From positions 1 to 51,618 of the forward strand of contig JAFOVN010000030.1 in assembly GCA_017392345.1 (NCBI GenBank): a DNA stretch of 51,618 nucleotides, in the 5' to 3' direction. The notes under the pieces are model-generated. The model had not been told where the DNA came from, made no database searches, and saw only the letters and a program-made list of their open reading frames with translations. A program made the position numbers and the translations under genes. Below are positions 42,312 to 51,618 of this stretch, piece after piece (position 1 is the stretch's first letter; the number at the start of each line of letters is the position of its first letter). Source of the DNA: Alphaproteobacteria bacterium. GTDB taxonomy: Bacteria; Pseudomonadota; Alphaproteobacteria; Rs-D84.

Positions 42312-43196
42312 TTATGCATTTCGGCCGGCAATTTTGTCAACAATTTCATTTAATTGGGCGCGTGTGTCAAAGTTTATTGTTATCACGCCCGCCCCCCCGC
42401 GCCTTTCGGTGATTTTAACCGTGGCGGATAATGCGCGCCCTGCCCTTTGCGTCAATTCTTTGACGGTTTTTGCATCCATCGTTTTGTTTGTAAATTTGCG
42501 GTTTTTGCCGGAACGCGCCACATTTTTCATACGTTTTTCGGTATCCGCAACCGATAATTTTTGTTCAATGATTTCGCGGGCGACCTTTTCCGGGTCTTCG
42601 GCAACGGTGATTGCGCGCGCATGCGACGCGGAAAGCGCGCCCTGCTCTACCATTTTTTTGACCGATGCCGGCAATCCGTTAAGGCGCACCAAATTCCGTA
42701 TATAACTTTCGGATTTTCCAATCAAATGCGACACATCCGCCATGGTGTATTCGCATTTATTCATCAGGTTTACGTAAGCCGCGGCCTCCTCTATCGGATT
42801 CAGGTTTTCGCGTTGCACATTTTCAATCAGTGCGATTTCCATTGCGTTATTGTCCGCCAAATTCTTTACCAACGCCGGAATTTCGGAAAGTCCCGCCATT
42901 TTACTTGCACGATAGCGCCGTTCACCCGCCACAATTTCATACATATACGGCCGATTTTTTACCGAACGCAACAAAATTGGTTGTAATACGCCCTTTTCCT
43001 TTATAGACGCGGACAAATCCGCCAAATCTTCGGCGGTAAAGGTTTTACGTGGTTGATCGGGATTCACGCCGATTTGTGCAATTGGAATTTGCCGCACAAC
43101 AACGCGTTCCGTGCCACTTAAAATTGATACTTCGGGCGCCGCGCCCATTTCGTTTTGTAAATCTGTTAGTGTCCGTCCCAGGCCAAATTTTCCCAT
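42312..43196 (-). CDS. parB: Chromosome partitioning protein ParB
   Basis: ..NPDQPRK.F....L..L..SI...G.LQPILLR.......YEIVAGERRYRA.. plus an HTH region. Confidence 0.9.
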   Translation of the reverse strand: MGKFGLGRTLTDLQNEMGAAPEVSILSGTERVVVRQIPIAQIGVNPDQPRKTFTAEDLADLSASIKEKGVLQPILLRSVKNRPYMYEIVAGERRYRASKMAGLSEIPALVKNLADNNAMEIALIENVQRENLNPIEEAAAYVNLMNKCEYTMADVSHLIGKSESYIRNLVRLNGLPASVKKMVEQGALSASHARAITVAEDPEKVAREIIEQKLSVADTEKRMKNVARSGKNRKFTNKTMDAKTVKELTQRAGRALSATVKITERRGGAGVITINFDTRAQLNEIVDKIAGRNA

Positions 43197-43197
43197 T

Positions 43198-43971
43198 TTA
43201 TTCCCCCTTTTCTATTTTTTGAATAACCTCGGTCGCAAAGCGCAAATACGCCTGGGCACCGTTGGAATTAAAGTCATAAAACAACGCCGGTTTGCCGTGA
43301 CTTGGTGCCTCGGCCACACGGACATTGCGCGGAACAACCGTTTTGAACACCAAATCGCCAAATGTTTCACGAACATTATCTTCGACATCGCGTGTCATAC
43401 CATACCGCCGGTCGTACATGGTCAACAAAACGCCCAAAACATCTAATTCAGGGTTCCATTTTTGTTGAATACCCTTTATAGTATTTATAAGGTGCAAAAC
43501 CCCCTCCAGCGCGAAAAATTCGCATTGCAGCGGTATAATCACATGATTTGCGGTCGTTAACGCGTTTAACGTGATATAACCCAAATTCGGCGGACAATCC
43601 AGCAAGATATAATCATAATGTTCCATTATCGGCCGCAACGCATCACGCAGGCGATATTCCTTGTTTTCCATATCCAGTAATTCAACTTCGGCCCCGGCAA
43701 GTGCCTGGGTCGACGGCAAAATATGCATACCCGGGACTGCGGTCGAAAGTATGTTTTCCGCCGCATTGGACAGCCCCATAATCACATCATAAACACTTTG
43801 TGAATGCGAAGAACGCACAAACCCAAGTCCCGTCCCGGCATTACCCTGGGAATCCAAATCTATAAGCAAAACACGCTTTTTAATTGCGGCCAGCGACGCC
43901 CCAAGGTTTATTGCGGTCGTTGTTTTCCCAACACCACCTTTTTGATTTGCAAACGCGATAATTTCCGTCAT
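43198..43971 (-). CDS. parA: Chromosome partitioning ATPase ParA/Soj
   Basis: The deviant Walker A is IIAFANQKGGVGKTTTAINL. The start is set at MTEII. Confidence 0.9.
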   Translation of the reverse strand: MTEIIAFANQKGGVGKTTTAINLGASLAAIKKRVLLIDLDSQGNAGTGLGFVRSSHSQSVYDVIMGLSNAAENILSTAVPGMHILPSTQALAGAEVELLDMENKEYRLRDALRPIMEHYDYILLDCPPNLGYITLNALTTANHVIIPLQCEFFALEGVLHLINTIKGIQQKWNPELDVLGVLLTMYDRRYGMTRDVEDNVRETFGDLVFKTVVPRNVRVAEAPSHGKPALFYDFNSNGAQAYLRFATEVIQKIEKGE

Positions 43972-44093
43972 TTTCCACACCTTTCCTATTTTCGTTTGCA
44001 AGTATATATTTGAAATTTAACACGGTCAAGAAATAAAAGTTAAAACCAAAAAACATAGTAAAATCAATAAATTATTTTTTGTTTCACATGAAA

Positions 44094-44666
44094 TTACCAA
44101 CCGAATCGCACAATTATTATAAACCCGTCACCGGTCTTGGACGGTATTAAATCGTAATCAAACCGATATTTCTTTTTTGCATCGGCAATTTCGCGTTCAA
44201 TTTCCCGGCCTTTTAGTAAAAAAAGCCGGCAATTTATCCCACGAACATAATCCATAATTTTAACAAGTGGTGCAAACGCGCGTGCGGTTATAACAAAATT
44301 CCCGGGTTTTTTGTTATTTTTATTCAAAAAAGCCGGGAAAAAGTTTTCAACACGCCCGTGATAAATTGTTAAATTATCAAGTTCAAGTTTTGATTTTAAT
44401 TCATTTAGAAAAGCAACTTTTTTGCCAATCGATTCGATACACGTCACGCGCCACCCCAAAATCGCCAAAACAACGCCCGGGAAACCCGCGCCCGAACCAA
44501 AATCAATTACATTTACGTCCGCCGGTAAAACATCCGCCAATTGCGCCGAATCAGCAAAGTGCCGGTTTTCCAGGTCGTCCAAGGTGCCGCGCGCCACAAG
44601 ATTCATACGCGAATTCCAATCGCGTAAAATTTCCGCATAAAGTGCAAATTTTTCTTTACTATTCAT
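44094..44666 (-). CDS. rsmG: 16S rRNA (guanine527-N7)-methyltransferase RsmG (GidB)
   Basis: ..W N..MNLV........HF.DS......VIDFGSGAGFPGVVLAI.. It lies upstream of parA-parB. Confidence 0.85.
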   Translation of the reverse strand: MNSKEKFALYAEILRDWNSRMNLVARGTLDDLENRHFADSAQLADVLPADVNVIDFGSGAGFPGVVLAILGWRVTCIESIGKKVAFLNELKSKLELDNLTIYHGRVENFFPAFLNKNNKKPGNFVITARAFAPLVKIMDYVRGINCRLFLLKGREIEREIADAKKKYRFDYDLIPSKTGDGFIIIVRFGW

Positions 44667-44692
44667 ATTATTATTGTAGCATAATTTTACAA

Positions 44693-46303
44693 ATGGCAAA
44701 ATTAAAAACTATATTTTTTATTGGTTTATTCGCGGCGGTTGGCGTTTTGGCCTATGTCGCGTCTTCGCGTATGGTTTCAACCGGTGATTTTGTGGAATCG
44801 GGCGAATTACAACCGACAAAATACGGCGCTTTTTTGGCGGCCCAACATGCGGTTTATGCAAATGATTTTAACAGTGCGAACAAATTCCTTGCCGATTTCG
44901 CCGATGTTGAATATGATGTTGCCCAAGAAACGCGCGCGCTGGTTGAATTTTTATCCGGAAAAATCCCAACGAACATAGAAAAATTTGCCGACAAAAAAGA
45001 AATATCATCACAAATAATGTACGATGCGTATTTGGCAAAAAACGATCGTTGGGCCGATATGTACAAACGGTTCTATACGAACAAATCCGCCGTATACACG
45101 CCTTTTCGTGTTTGGTCCGGCGTTGGTGCGGGGCATACGGACGAAGTATTAAAATTTATTGAAAAATCCGAATCAAATCCCGCGTGGAAAATGTTTGTGC
45201 GCGGACAAATCTATGCCGAATCGGGCGATTTTGAAAAGGCCGCCGGCGCGTTCGCAAATGTGCCAACGGGGTTCATGAATATGAACGATTATATTTACGT
45301 TATGTCGTTCTATCGGGCGCATGGCATGGACGAAAATGCCGAAATGTTGCGAAAAACTTTTTCATCAACGCCGGGCGGTATGTTTTTGTCATATTATGAA
45401 GATATTCCAGATTGGAAAGAAAATTTTGCAGGCATAAAAAATGAATTGGCATTTAATGTCGTTCAAAATGTTTCACATACGCAAATTATGCTTTATTCGG
45501 ACCTTTCGGTGTTGATGTTGCGTTTTGCACAAATAATCGGCCCAGAAACCCAATTCTTTCAAGACATAATAAACTACTACACCGGACAGTTTTTCGTGAA
45601 CACACACGGGAATTATGCGCGTTATTTTGATTCTATATCGATGGGCAGTCTGTTTTACTTGTTCGCAAAAATGCAAACTGTGGATTCGGTTGATGAAATT
45701 AAAAAGATTTTAAGCACGCACCAATTATTTATTCCCGCATTAAACAAAATTGTCGCGGAATATATTAGGGCAGGGGACAAATCATCCGCATTGCGTGCCA
45801 TAAATCGGACATTGGATAATGAAAAACTTTCTGATTCGGGGCGGGCATATTTGCTAAAACGGCGCGCGTTTGTGTATATGATGTTTGGCGATTTGGAACG
45901 GGCGCAATCTGATATTCACGATGTTTCAAAAATGCAAATTATCGACCCGGAAATTTTAATGATTCAGGCACGAATTTGGGCGGCGCAGAATCGTGAAATT
46001 GAAAACGCGTATAACTATGCAATGGCGATGGTAAAGCGCGACCCGATGGATGTGGTTGCGTGGGATACGGTTGCGGTGGTTGTTGGTGTACGTGAAGGCA
46101 GCGGTGCGGCACTTGAAATACTTGAAAAAATTGGTGGCGCGGCGGATACTTGTTCGGCGTTATTTGAACATTTGGGTGACGCGTATATTGCAACGGGGAA
46201 AAACGATTTGGCACGCGATGCGTATAATCGCGCAATCGAACTTGCTGAAGACGGATTGGTTATTGTTCCAAACATAAAGAAAAAAATAAGGAAAATAAAA
46301 TGA
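44693..46303 (+). CDS. Membrane-anchored TPR-repeat protein (536 aa)
   Basis: MAKLKTIFFIGLFAAVGVLAYVA is an N-terminal anchor, and C-terminal TPR units follow (..LGDAYIATGKNDLARDAYNRAIEL..). The ORF-track start at 44366 is rejected because it is antisense to rsmG. Confidence 0.65.
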   Translation: MAKLKTIFFIGLFAAVGVLAYVASSRMVSTGDFVESGELQPTKYGAFLAAQHAVYANDFNSANKFLADFADVEYDVAQETRALVEFLSGKIPTNIEKFADKKEISSQIMYDAYLAKNDRWADMYKRFYTNKSAVYTPFRVWSGVGAGHTDEVLKFIEKSESNPAWKMFVRGQIYAESGDFEKAAGAFANVPTGFMNMNDYIYVMSFYRAHGMDENAEMLRKTFSSTPGGMFLSYYEDIPDWKENFAGIKNELAFNVVQNVSHTQIMLYSDLSVLMLRFAQIIGPETQFFQDIINYYTGQFFVNTHGNYARYFDSISMGSLFYLFAKMQTVDSVDEIKKILSTHQLFIPALNKIVAEYIRAGDKSSALRAINRTLDNEKLSDSGRAYLLKRRAFVYMMFGDLERAQSDIHDVSKMQIIDPEILMIQARIWAAQNREIENAYNYAMAMVKRDPMDVVAWDTVAVVVGVREGSGAALEILEKIGGAADTCSALFEHLGDAYIATGKNDLARDAYNRAIELAEDGLVIVPNIKKKIRKIK

Positions 46304-47166
46304 AGGTTGGTATTATTGGCGCAGGCGCATGGGGAAGTGCCATTGCACACGTTATTGCACGTGGGGAATCAAGTGTAATTTTATGGTCTTTTGACGGTGA
46401 ATACGCGCATTTTGATGGCACAAAATTACCAAACAATGTAAAAATAACGCAGGATTTGACAGAATTAAAATCTTGCGACGCATGGATTGCGGTGACACCG
46501 GCGGCATTTTTTCATGAAACAATGGACAGAGCAGGGTGCCATTATAACAAACAACCAATTATAATTTGCACCAAAGGCGCAGAACCCAAAACCGGCAAAT
46601 TTATGACAGAGGTTTTAAGCGAAACGATTAAACCCGCAAAGAAGAATATTGGTGTACTTTCCGGTCCACAATTCGCGGCCGAGGTTGCACGCGGGGTTCC
46701 AACGGGTTCAACGCTTGCGGGGGGTAAAGAAATTCAAAATATCGGATTAAAGATATTTCACAAAATGTATATCAGCCCAACACGCGATGTAATCGGAACG
46801 GAGATATGTGGTGTCGGCAAAAACGCGGTGGCGGTTATAAATGGATATTACAGCGTAAAACGCAAAGGTGAAAATGAATCCGCGTTTTATATGACCACCG
46901 CATGGAAAGAGGTTATAAAAATCGGCCTTAAAATGGGCGCAAAATTGGAAACGTTTTCTGATTTGTGTGGTATTGGGGATTTAATTTTGACAGCAACATC
47001 AACCACCAGTCGTAATTTTTCCGCCGGTGTCGCAATTGCCAATGGTGAAAAACCGGTCGGCACGGTCGAGGGTTTTTCGGCACTTAGAGCACTTGTCAAA
47101 AAAGCAGGTAAAGCACGTGTAAATGTTCCGTTTTTATCGAACATGTATGAAAAACTTTCTAAATAA
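46300..47166 (+). CDS. gpsA: NAD(P)H-dependent glycerol-3-phosphate dehydrogenase
   Basis: The Rossmann motif is MKVGIIGAGAWGSAIAHV. Other matching segments are ..LSGPQFAAEVA.. and ..GVGKNAVAV... There is a 4-nt ATGA overlap with the upstream gene. Confidence 0.8.
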   Translation: MKVGIIGAGAWGSAIAHVIARGESSVILWSFDGEYAHFDGTKLPNNVKITQDLTELKSCDAWIAVTPAAFFHETMDRAGCHYNKQPIIICTKGAEPKTGKFMTEVLSETIKPAKKNIGVLSGPQFAAEVARGVPTGSTLAGGKEIQNIGLKIFHKMYISPTRDVIGTEICGVGKNAVAVINGYYSVKRKGENESAFYMTTAWKEVIKIGLKMGAKLETFSDLCGIGDLILTATSTTSRNFSAGVAIANGEKPVGTVEGFSALRALVKKAGKARVNVPFLSNMYEKLSK

Positions 47167-47167
47167 A

Positions 47168-48385
47168 TTATTCATATCGCAAACTGTCGATTGGGTTTAG
47201 TTTTGCGGCCTTTATTGCCGGAACAACGCCAGATGCAAGGCCGACAACGACCGCAACGGTTATCGAAAGCGCAACGGGCCATAAACTAAATGGAACATTA
47301 TACCCAAGGATAAATCGCCCAACACCTTGGGCAAGGCCAACCCCAAGGACAAGACCAATCATTGAACCGATGAACGATATCATTATCGATTCCGCCAAAA
47401 ATTGCGTTATTATGTGACGTTCGCGTGCGCCGATGGCCTTGCGGATTCCGATTTCGCGCGTGCGTTCCGCAACCGATACCAGCATCATATTCATAATTCC
47501 GATTGCACCAACCAGCAATGACACCGCCGCAATCGCAATCAACAGCAATTTCAAATAGCCCGTCACCGTTGTCATCGTTTCCATTATTTGTCGCATATCC
47601 ATAATCATAAAATCATCTTCATCGCCGTCTTTTAATCGGTGCCGGTCGCGGAGCAGGGCGGAAATCTGGTCAATCACAACGGAATTATCCGCATCTTGGA
47701 AAAGTTTAAGCGCAATCATACTAACGGAGTTCGGAAAAGGGCTGCCTTGCAAACGTTTTTTTAGTGTTGTAATTGGTATCATAACCATATCGTCTTGGGA
47801 ACCCATCGCCGTATCGCCACGTTCTTTGGCAACACCAACAATAACAAAAGGAACGTTTTGAATACGAATAACTTCACCAACCGGGTTTTTATCCATACCA
47901 AGTTCCGTCGCCGTTTTCGGTCCAATCACCGCGTATGTTGATGCATTGCGAACGGCCGCGTCATCAAAAAACGCGCCATATTCGATATCAACACTTTGCA
48001 CGGTTGTGTAATCAGGATAAACACCAATCATTGATGTTGCCCAATTTTTGTTTCCATATACAACCTGGGCACCGGATGCCTGAACGGGTGTGATTGCCGC
48101 GACATCGGGCAATTTTGCAATTATTGCGGCATCATCGGTGGTAAGTGTTTGGCGGTTTCCGGTTCGCACGCCGCCTATGCGCGCCGCGCCTGCACGGATA
48201 ACGATTGTGTTTGTGCCAAGTGATGAAAATTGGTCGGTGATTTCTGTTTGCACCGTTTCGCCGACCGCAACCATTATCACGACCGCCAACACACCAATGA
48301 TTATGCCAAGCACGGTCAGAAACGAACGAATTTTATTCGCACTTATTGAAAGCCAAGATTCTTTTATTATGTCGTTAAAGGTCAT
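47168..48385 (-). CDS. ABC transporter permease, MacB/FtsX family
   Basis: It has an N-terminal TM helix, a large periplasmic domain and a C-terminal FtsX-type three-TM bundle (..RTREIGIRKAIGA..). Confidence 0.85.
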   Translation of the reverse strand: MTFNDIIKESWLSISANKIRSFLTVLGIIIGVLAVVIMVAVGETVQTEITDQFSSLGTNTIVIRAGAARIGGVRTGNRQTLTTDDAAIIAKLPDVAAITPVQASGAQVVYGNKNWATSMIGVYPDYTTVQSVDIEYGAFFDDAAVRNASTYAVIGPKTATELGMDKNPVGEVIRIQNVPFVIVGVAKERGDTAMGSQDDMVMIPITTLKKRLQGSPFPNSVSMIALKLFQDADNSVVIDQISALLRDRHRLKDGDEDDFMIMDMRQIMETMTTVTGYLKLLLIAIAAVSLLVGAIGIMNMMLVSVAERTREIGIRKAIGARERHIITQFLAESIMISFIGSMIGLVLGVGLAQGVGRFILGYNVPFSLWPVALSITVAVVVGLASGVVPAIKAAKLNPIDSLRYE

Positions 48386-48386
48386 A

Positions 48387-49127
48387 TTATTTCCTGTGCG
48401 TTTTTCGGTTTAGTGCATCTTCGGTTTTTGGAACCGCGCCGTCATAATTTATTCGCCCGTCATAAATGTGGATAAGCCGGTTTGCATATTGCGCAGTGTC
48501 AAATTCGTGCGTTATCATAATTATTGTGATTCCCAAATCATTGTTCAGTTCTTTGAAAAACTTTAAGATTTCATTTCCCATTTTTGAATCCAGTGCACCC
48601 GTCGGTTCGTCCGCCAAAATTAGTTTCGGGTCACCCGCAAGCGCCCGCGCGATTGCCACGCGTTGCTTCATTCCGCCCGAAAGTTGTGTTGGTAAATATG
48701 TTTCAAAATTTTCAAGTCCCACGCGCCGCAGCATTTCACGCGAACGGCGAATTCGTTCGTCCGGGGACATACCACGATACATTAGGGGCAACATAACATT
48801 GTCCAAAACATTTCGCTTTGAAAGCAGGTTAAAATTTTGAAAAACAAACCCGATATATTCGTTGCGAACAACCGCCAAATCATCCGGTGTCATATTAGTT
48901 ATATTTTTTCCATACAATTCGTATACGCCGGATGTTGGCGTATCCAGCGCACCGATGATATTCATACACGTTGATTTCCCAGACCCCGACGGTCCCATAA
49001 TTGCAACAAATTCACCGGCGGAAATATCAAATGTCACATCAAACAAAACCTGTTGCACACCACCGATTTCCAACGGAAAACTTTTGCAAATTTTATTCAT
49101 CGAAATTATGTTTTGTGTCTTTTTCAT
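48387..49127 (-). CDS. ABC transporter ATP-binding protein, MacB/LolD-like
   Basis: Walker A GPSGSGKST, signature LSGGMKQR, and Walker B LILADEPTGALD. Confidence 0.9.
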   Translation of the reverse strand: MKKTQNIISMNKICKSFPLEIGGVQQVLFDVTFDISAGEFVAIMGPSGSGKSTCMNIIGALDTPTSGVYELYGKNITNMTPDDLAVVRNEYIGFVFQNFNLLSKRNVLDNVMLPLMYRGMSPDERIRRSREMLRRVGLENFETYLPTQLSGGMKQRVAIARALAGDPKLILADEPTGALDSKMGNEILKFFKELNNDLGITIIMITHEFDTAQYANRLIHIYDGRINYDGAVPKTEDALNRKTHRK

Positions 49128-49132
49128 TTGCC

Positions 49133-50317
49133 TTAGAACGGTCCGCGCCGGCGTGCAGCGGTTGCGGCGGAACTTGTTGATTGCCCCACGCGTCCAACGA
49201 TTATGCGGTCATCCGCCTTTAATTCATCGGACACAATTTGTGTTTCGGTTGCGGTTATTAAACCCTTGGTATATTTAATAAACACCGGTTTATCATCGCG
49301 CAGGACCGCAATATATTCGTTTGGACTTACATTGTCCGGTGCATCCACGATGATATTTTTGAAATTACGAACAAGAAATGCCGCGTTTTGCGTTTTCCAA
49401 ACATCGGCCGCCGAATCTATCATTATCGTCACAAACGCGGTCATACCGGGCATAAGGTTCAAATCAGAATTATCCACATCAATCACGACGGTATATACCA
49501 CGACATTTGATGTTGTTGTCGGCGAAAGACGAACCTGTTTCACAATACCGTTAAATGTTTTTCGTGGGTATGCGTCAACGGTAAAGGTGACATTTTGACC
49601 TTCTTTGATAACACCGATATCGGCCTCTGATACGGCGGTTTCGATTTGCATTTTCGATAAATCTTCGGCAATTTCAAACAGGTCGGGGGTTTGAAAAGAT
49701 GCCGCAACCGTTTGACCTTTATCAACCTTGCGCGAAATAACCGTGCCATCGACCGGCGAAGTTATTGTTGCATACGAAAGGTTCGTCACCGCGCGTTCAT
49801 ATTGCGATTCCATACGCTTTACACTTTGTGCGGCCTGTTCATAATTGGTTTGCGATTGTTCCATTTCCGCGCGCGCAATATATCCGGAATCATACAGTGT
49901 TTTATTTCGTTCATAATCATTTTTCGCAAGGTTTAATTGCGATTTCGCCGATTCCAATGCGGCAAGAGATTCATCAACGGTCGCCTGTAATACGGACGGT
50001 TCGATTTCAAGCAATAATTGCCCCTTGGTCACGCGCGAATTATAATCGACATAGATGTTTTCAATTGTGCCGGAAACTTGCGACCCAACACTTACGGTAT
50101 TTACCGGATTTATTTCGCCAGTTGCGGTCACAACATGTTTTATATCACCACGCGTGACACCAACGGTCACATATTCAACCCTGTCACCAATTGACGCGAT
50201 AATCCACCATGTGCCGCCAATCAATAAAATTATGACGACCGCAAGCGCCCACCATTTGTGTCGCCAAATCCAACCAAAAAATCGACGAATAAAAGACCGC
50301 TTTTTTTCTTTTGCCAT
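49133..50317 (-). CDS. Periplasmic adaptor (HlyD/MacA family)
   Basis: An N-terminal anchor followed by barrel-sandwich, coiled-coil hairpin and beta-barrel pattern (..VSVGSQVSGTI....V..G..V.KGQLL..). Confidence 0.8.
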   Translation of the reverse strand: MAKEKKRSFIRRFFGWIWRHKWWALAVVIILLIGGTWWIIASIGDRVEYVTVGVTRGDIKHVVTATGEINPVNTVSVGSQVSGTIENIYVDYNSRVTKGQLLLEIEPSVLQATVDESLAALESAKSQLNLAKNDYERNKTLYDSGYIARAEMEQSQTNYEQAAQSVKRMESQYERAVTNLSYATITSPVDGTVISRKVDKGQTVAASFQTPDLFEIAEDLSKMQIETAVSEADIGVIKEGQNVTFTVDAYPRKTFNGIVKQVRLSPTTTSNVVVYTVVIDVDNSDLNLMPGMTAFVTIMIDSAADVWKTQNAAFLVRNFKNIIVDAPDNVSPNEYIAVLRDDKPVFIKYTKGLITATETQIVSDELKADDRIIVGRVGQSTSSAATAARRRGPF

Positions 50318-51618
50318 TATTGTTCCTTTTCAATTTCCGATTTTATGTCGCCAATGGCAAGTGCCACCGCCGCACGCTTTACAAACAAATCGTATTTCGC
50401 TGCGTTGTTTTGCTTTTGCGCGGACACAAGTTCCGATTGCGCCGTTTGCCAATCAAGCATTGTTGCGCGTCCAACCCGATACATGCCGGCGGTCACGCGT
50501 TCTGATTCCGTTGCAGATTTTAATAATGTTTCCGTTTGTGATAAAACGGTCTGGGCGGTTTTGTAATTTTGGTATGCCGTGAATACATCAAGCGTTGCAT
50601 TATCTTTCGTTGTGCGCAGATTTTCCGTTGCCGCATCATATGATGCCGTTGCACTTTTTACGCCATACATATTTGCAAACCCGGCGAATATCGGCATGGA
50701 TGCACGGATACCAATACTGCCGCCGGTGTGTGCATTGTCGTCGTAAATATAATCCCGATTGTTGTCGCGCCACGAAAGTGTTCCGGTCGCACTTATACTT
50801 GGTAAATTTTTTAGGAACATCGAATTGCGGCGATGCCACGCGGCGTCTTTATTTGCCGCCGCACGCAACAGGTCAGGGCGCCTTTCACGCGCAATCGCAA
50901 TAAGTTCATCAATACCACGATTTTCGCGCACACGCCCAAAATCGCCCGACATATCCGCAATTGTAATTTCACCGTCCGCCGGAAAAGAAAGTTTCGTAAG
51001 CAGCACGCCTTTGGCCACCGCGCGATTATTTTTTGCACGTTCCAAATCCAGGTTGCGACTTGCCATTGCGGTTTCCGCCTTTAATACATCGGCGCGCGCG
51101 ACAACGCCGGCCTTATATTTTTTGTTTGCTGTATCAAGTGCAACCTGGGCAACGGCGCGAAGTGATTTTGCGCTTTCAACATCCGCGTCCGCGTTTAGCA
51201 ACGCGTAATATGCACCAATTACGCCGTATACATAGTTTTGCACACGGTCGTCATAATCAAAACCCATCGCACGCCATGTGGACGATAATTGGTTCAAATC
51301 CGCCAACCTTTTGCCAAAGTCAAATATCAAATACGATGCGGAAATTGATGCGCCATATTGCCAATCTTGCCAATCATGATTTTGATAGTTTTTTGCTATA
51401 TCGGCACTTCCATTTACCGCCGGCAAATAACTTGCGTACCCTGCGTTTTTATTATACCGCGCCGATTCCATCGCATAATACGCCGACATGGTTTCCGGAT
51501 TGCGACAAAGCCCAAGTTCAACAACCATAGACAAATCCAACACTTTGTCCGGCACAGTTTTTCGCGACACACAATCATCGTTCCCGCCATGCGCGAACAT
51601 AGGAATAAAAACCAGCAG
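50317..51618 (-). CDS. TolC-family outer-membrane efflux protein (N-terminus runs off the window)
   Basis: Two repeated halves carry the coiled-coil/barrel pattern typical of outer-membrane factor proteins. The frame remains open to 51618 (..LLVFIPMFAHGG..). Confidence 0.75.
   Translation of the reverse strand: MLVFIPMFAHGGNDDCVSRKTVPDKVLDLSMVVELGLCRNPETMSAYYAMESARYNKNAGYASYLPAVNGSADIAKNYQNHDWQDWQYGASISASYLIFDFGKRLADLNQLSSTWRAMGFDYDDRVQNYVYGVIGAYYALLNADADVESAKSLRAVAQVALDTANKKYKAGVVARADVLKAETAMASRNLDLERAKNNRAVAKGVLLTKLSFPADGEITIADMSGDFGRVRENRGIDELIAIARERRPDLLRAAANKDAAWHRRNSMFLKNLPSISATGTLSWRDNNRDYIYDDNAHTGGSIGIRASMPIFAGFANMYGVKSATASYDAATENLRTTKDNATLDVFTAYQNYKTAQTVLSQTETLLKSATESERVTAGMYRVGRATMLDWQTAQSELVSAQKQNNAAKYDLFVKRAAVALAIGDIKSEIEKEQ

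Noticed and set aside
44366-44692. The ORF track extends the TPR protein by 109 aa at the N-terminus.
   Set aside because: The extension is antisense to the rsmG coding sequence and has a nonsense-like composition (PKSPKQRPGNPRPNQNQ). The ATG at 44693 gives a clean membrane anchor, MAKLKTIFFIGLF..
47168-51618. Considered whether the TolC, adaptor, ABC ATPase and FtsX-type permease cluster is an unusual or novel secretion system.
   Set aside because: The gene content and order match the common MacAB-TolC / DevBCA-type tripartite efflux architecture, and nothing in the sequences looks atypical.

Overview
This 51.6-kb window looks like a chromosomal segment of a Gram-negative, alphaproteobacterium-like organism; I cannot place it more precisely without a database search.

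Taxonomic evidence:
- an alpha-type 16S 5' fragment
- RpoH, a DUF4167-like protein and an MJ0042-type zinc-ribbon protein
- parB-parA-rsmG, Pal, Skp-LpxD-FabZ and BamB

Most of the window is tightly packed housekeeping genes:
- rluD, der, rpoH, rsmE, dnaX, tRNA-Val(UAC), ybaB
- mutS-truB-rpsO-pnp and xseB
- infC with an AUU start
- a UDG-superfamily gene, pal, parAB, rsmG, gpsA
- a TolC/MacA/MacB-like efflux operon

I saw no transposase, integrase, CRISPR array or recognisable defence genes.

Parts that are not ordinary:
1. An operon of three overlapping paralogous genes (7018-10875, minus strand). They encode 394-456 aa proteins with prepilin-type (class III) signal sequences and large beta-rich domains. 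No pilus or secretion machinery lies nearby. A separate 151-aa pilin-like gene is wedged between dnaX and an OmpA-domain lipoprotein.
2. A 1123-aa secreted, extremely cysteine-rich protein with no family I can name.
3. A lone VirD4/TraG-type coupling ATPase that appears operonic with two lipoproteins.
4. A dispersed family of intergenic repeats built from tandem 6-7-nt TTAGTG(G/T) units. These often begin exactly at stop codons. They are combined with GC-rich hairpin modules, including a roughly 64-bp unit present twice in inverted orientation.
5. A 16S rRNA gene that stops after about 280 nt. It abuts an AT-rich, start-less subtilase fragment, so it is either an assembly chimera or a real rearrangement.
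6. An AT-rich islet between pal and parB, with a near-consensus promoter, a long structured leader and a coiled-coil ORFan.

All functional calls come from reading the translated ORFs and the DNA by eye. No database search was run.
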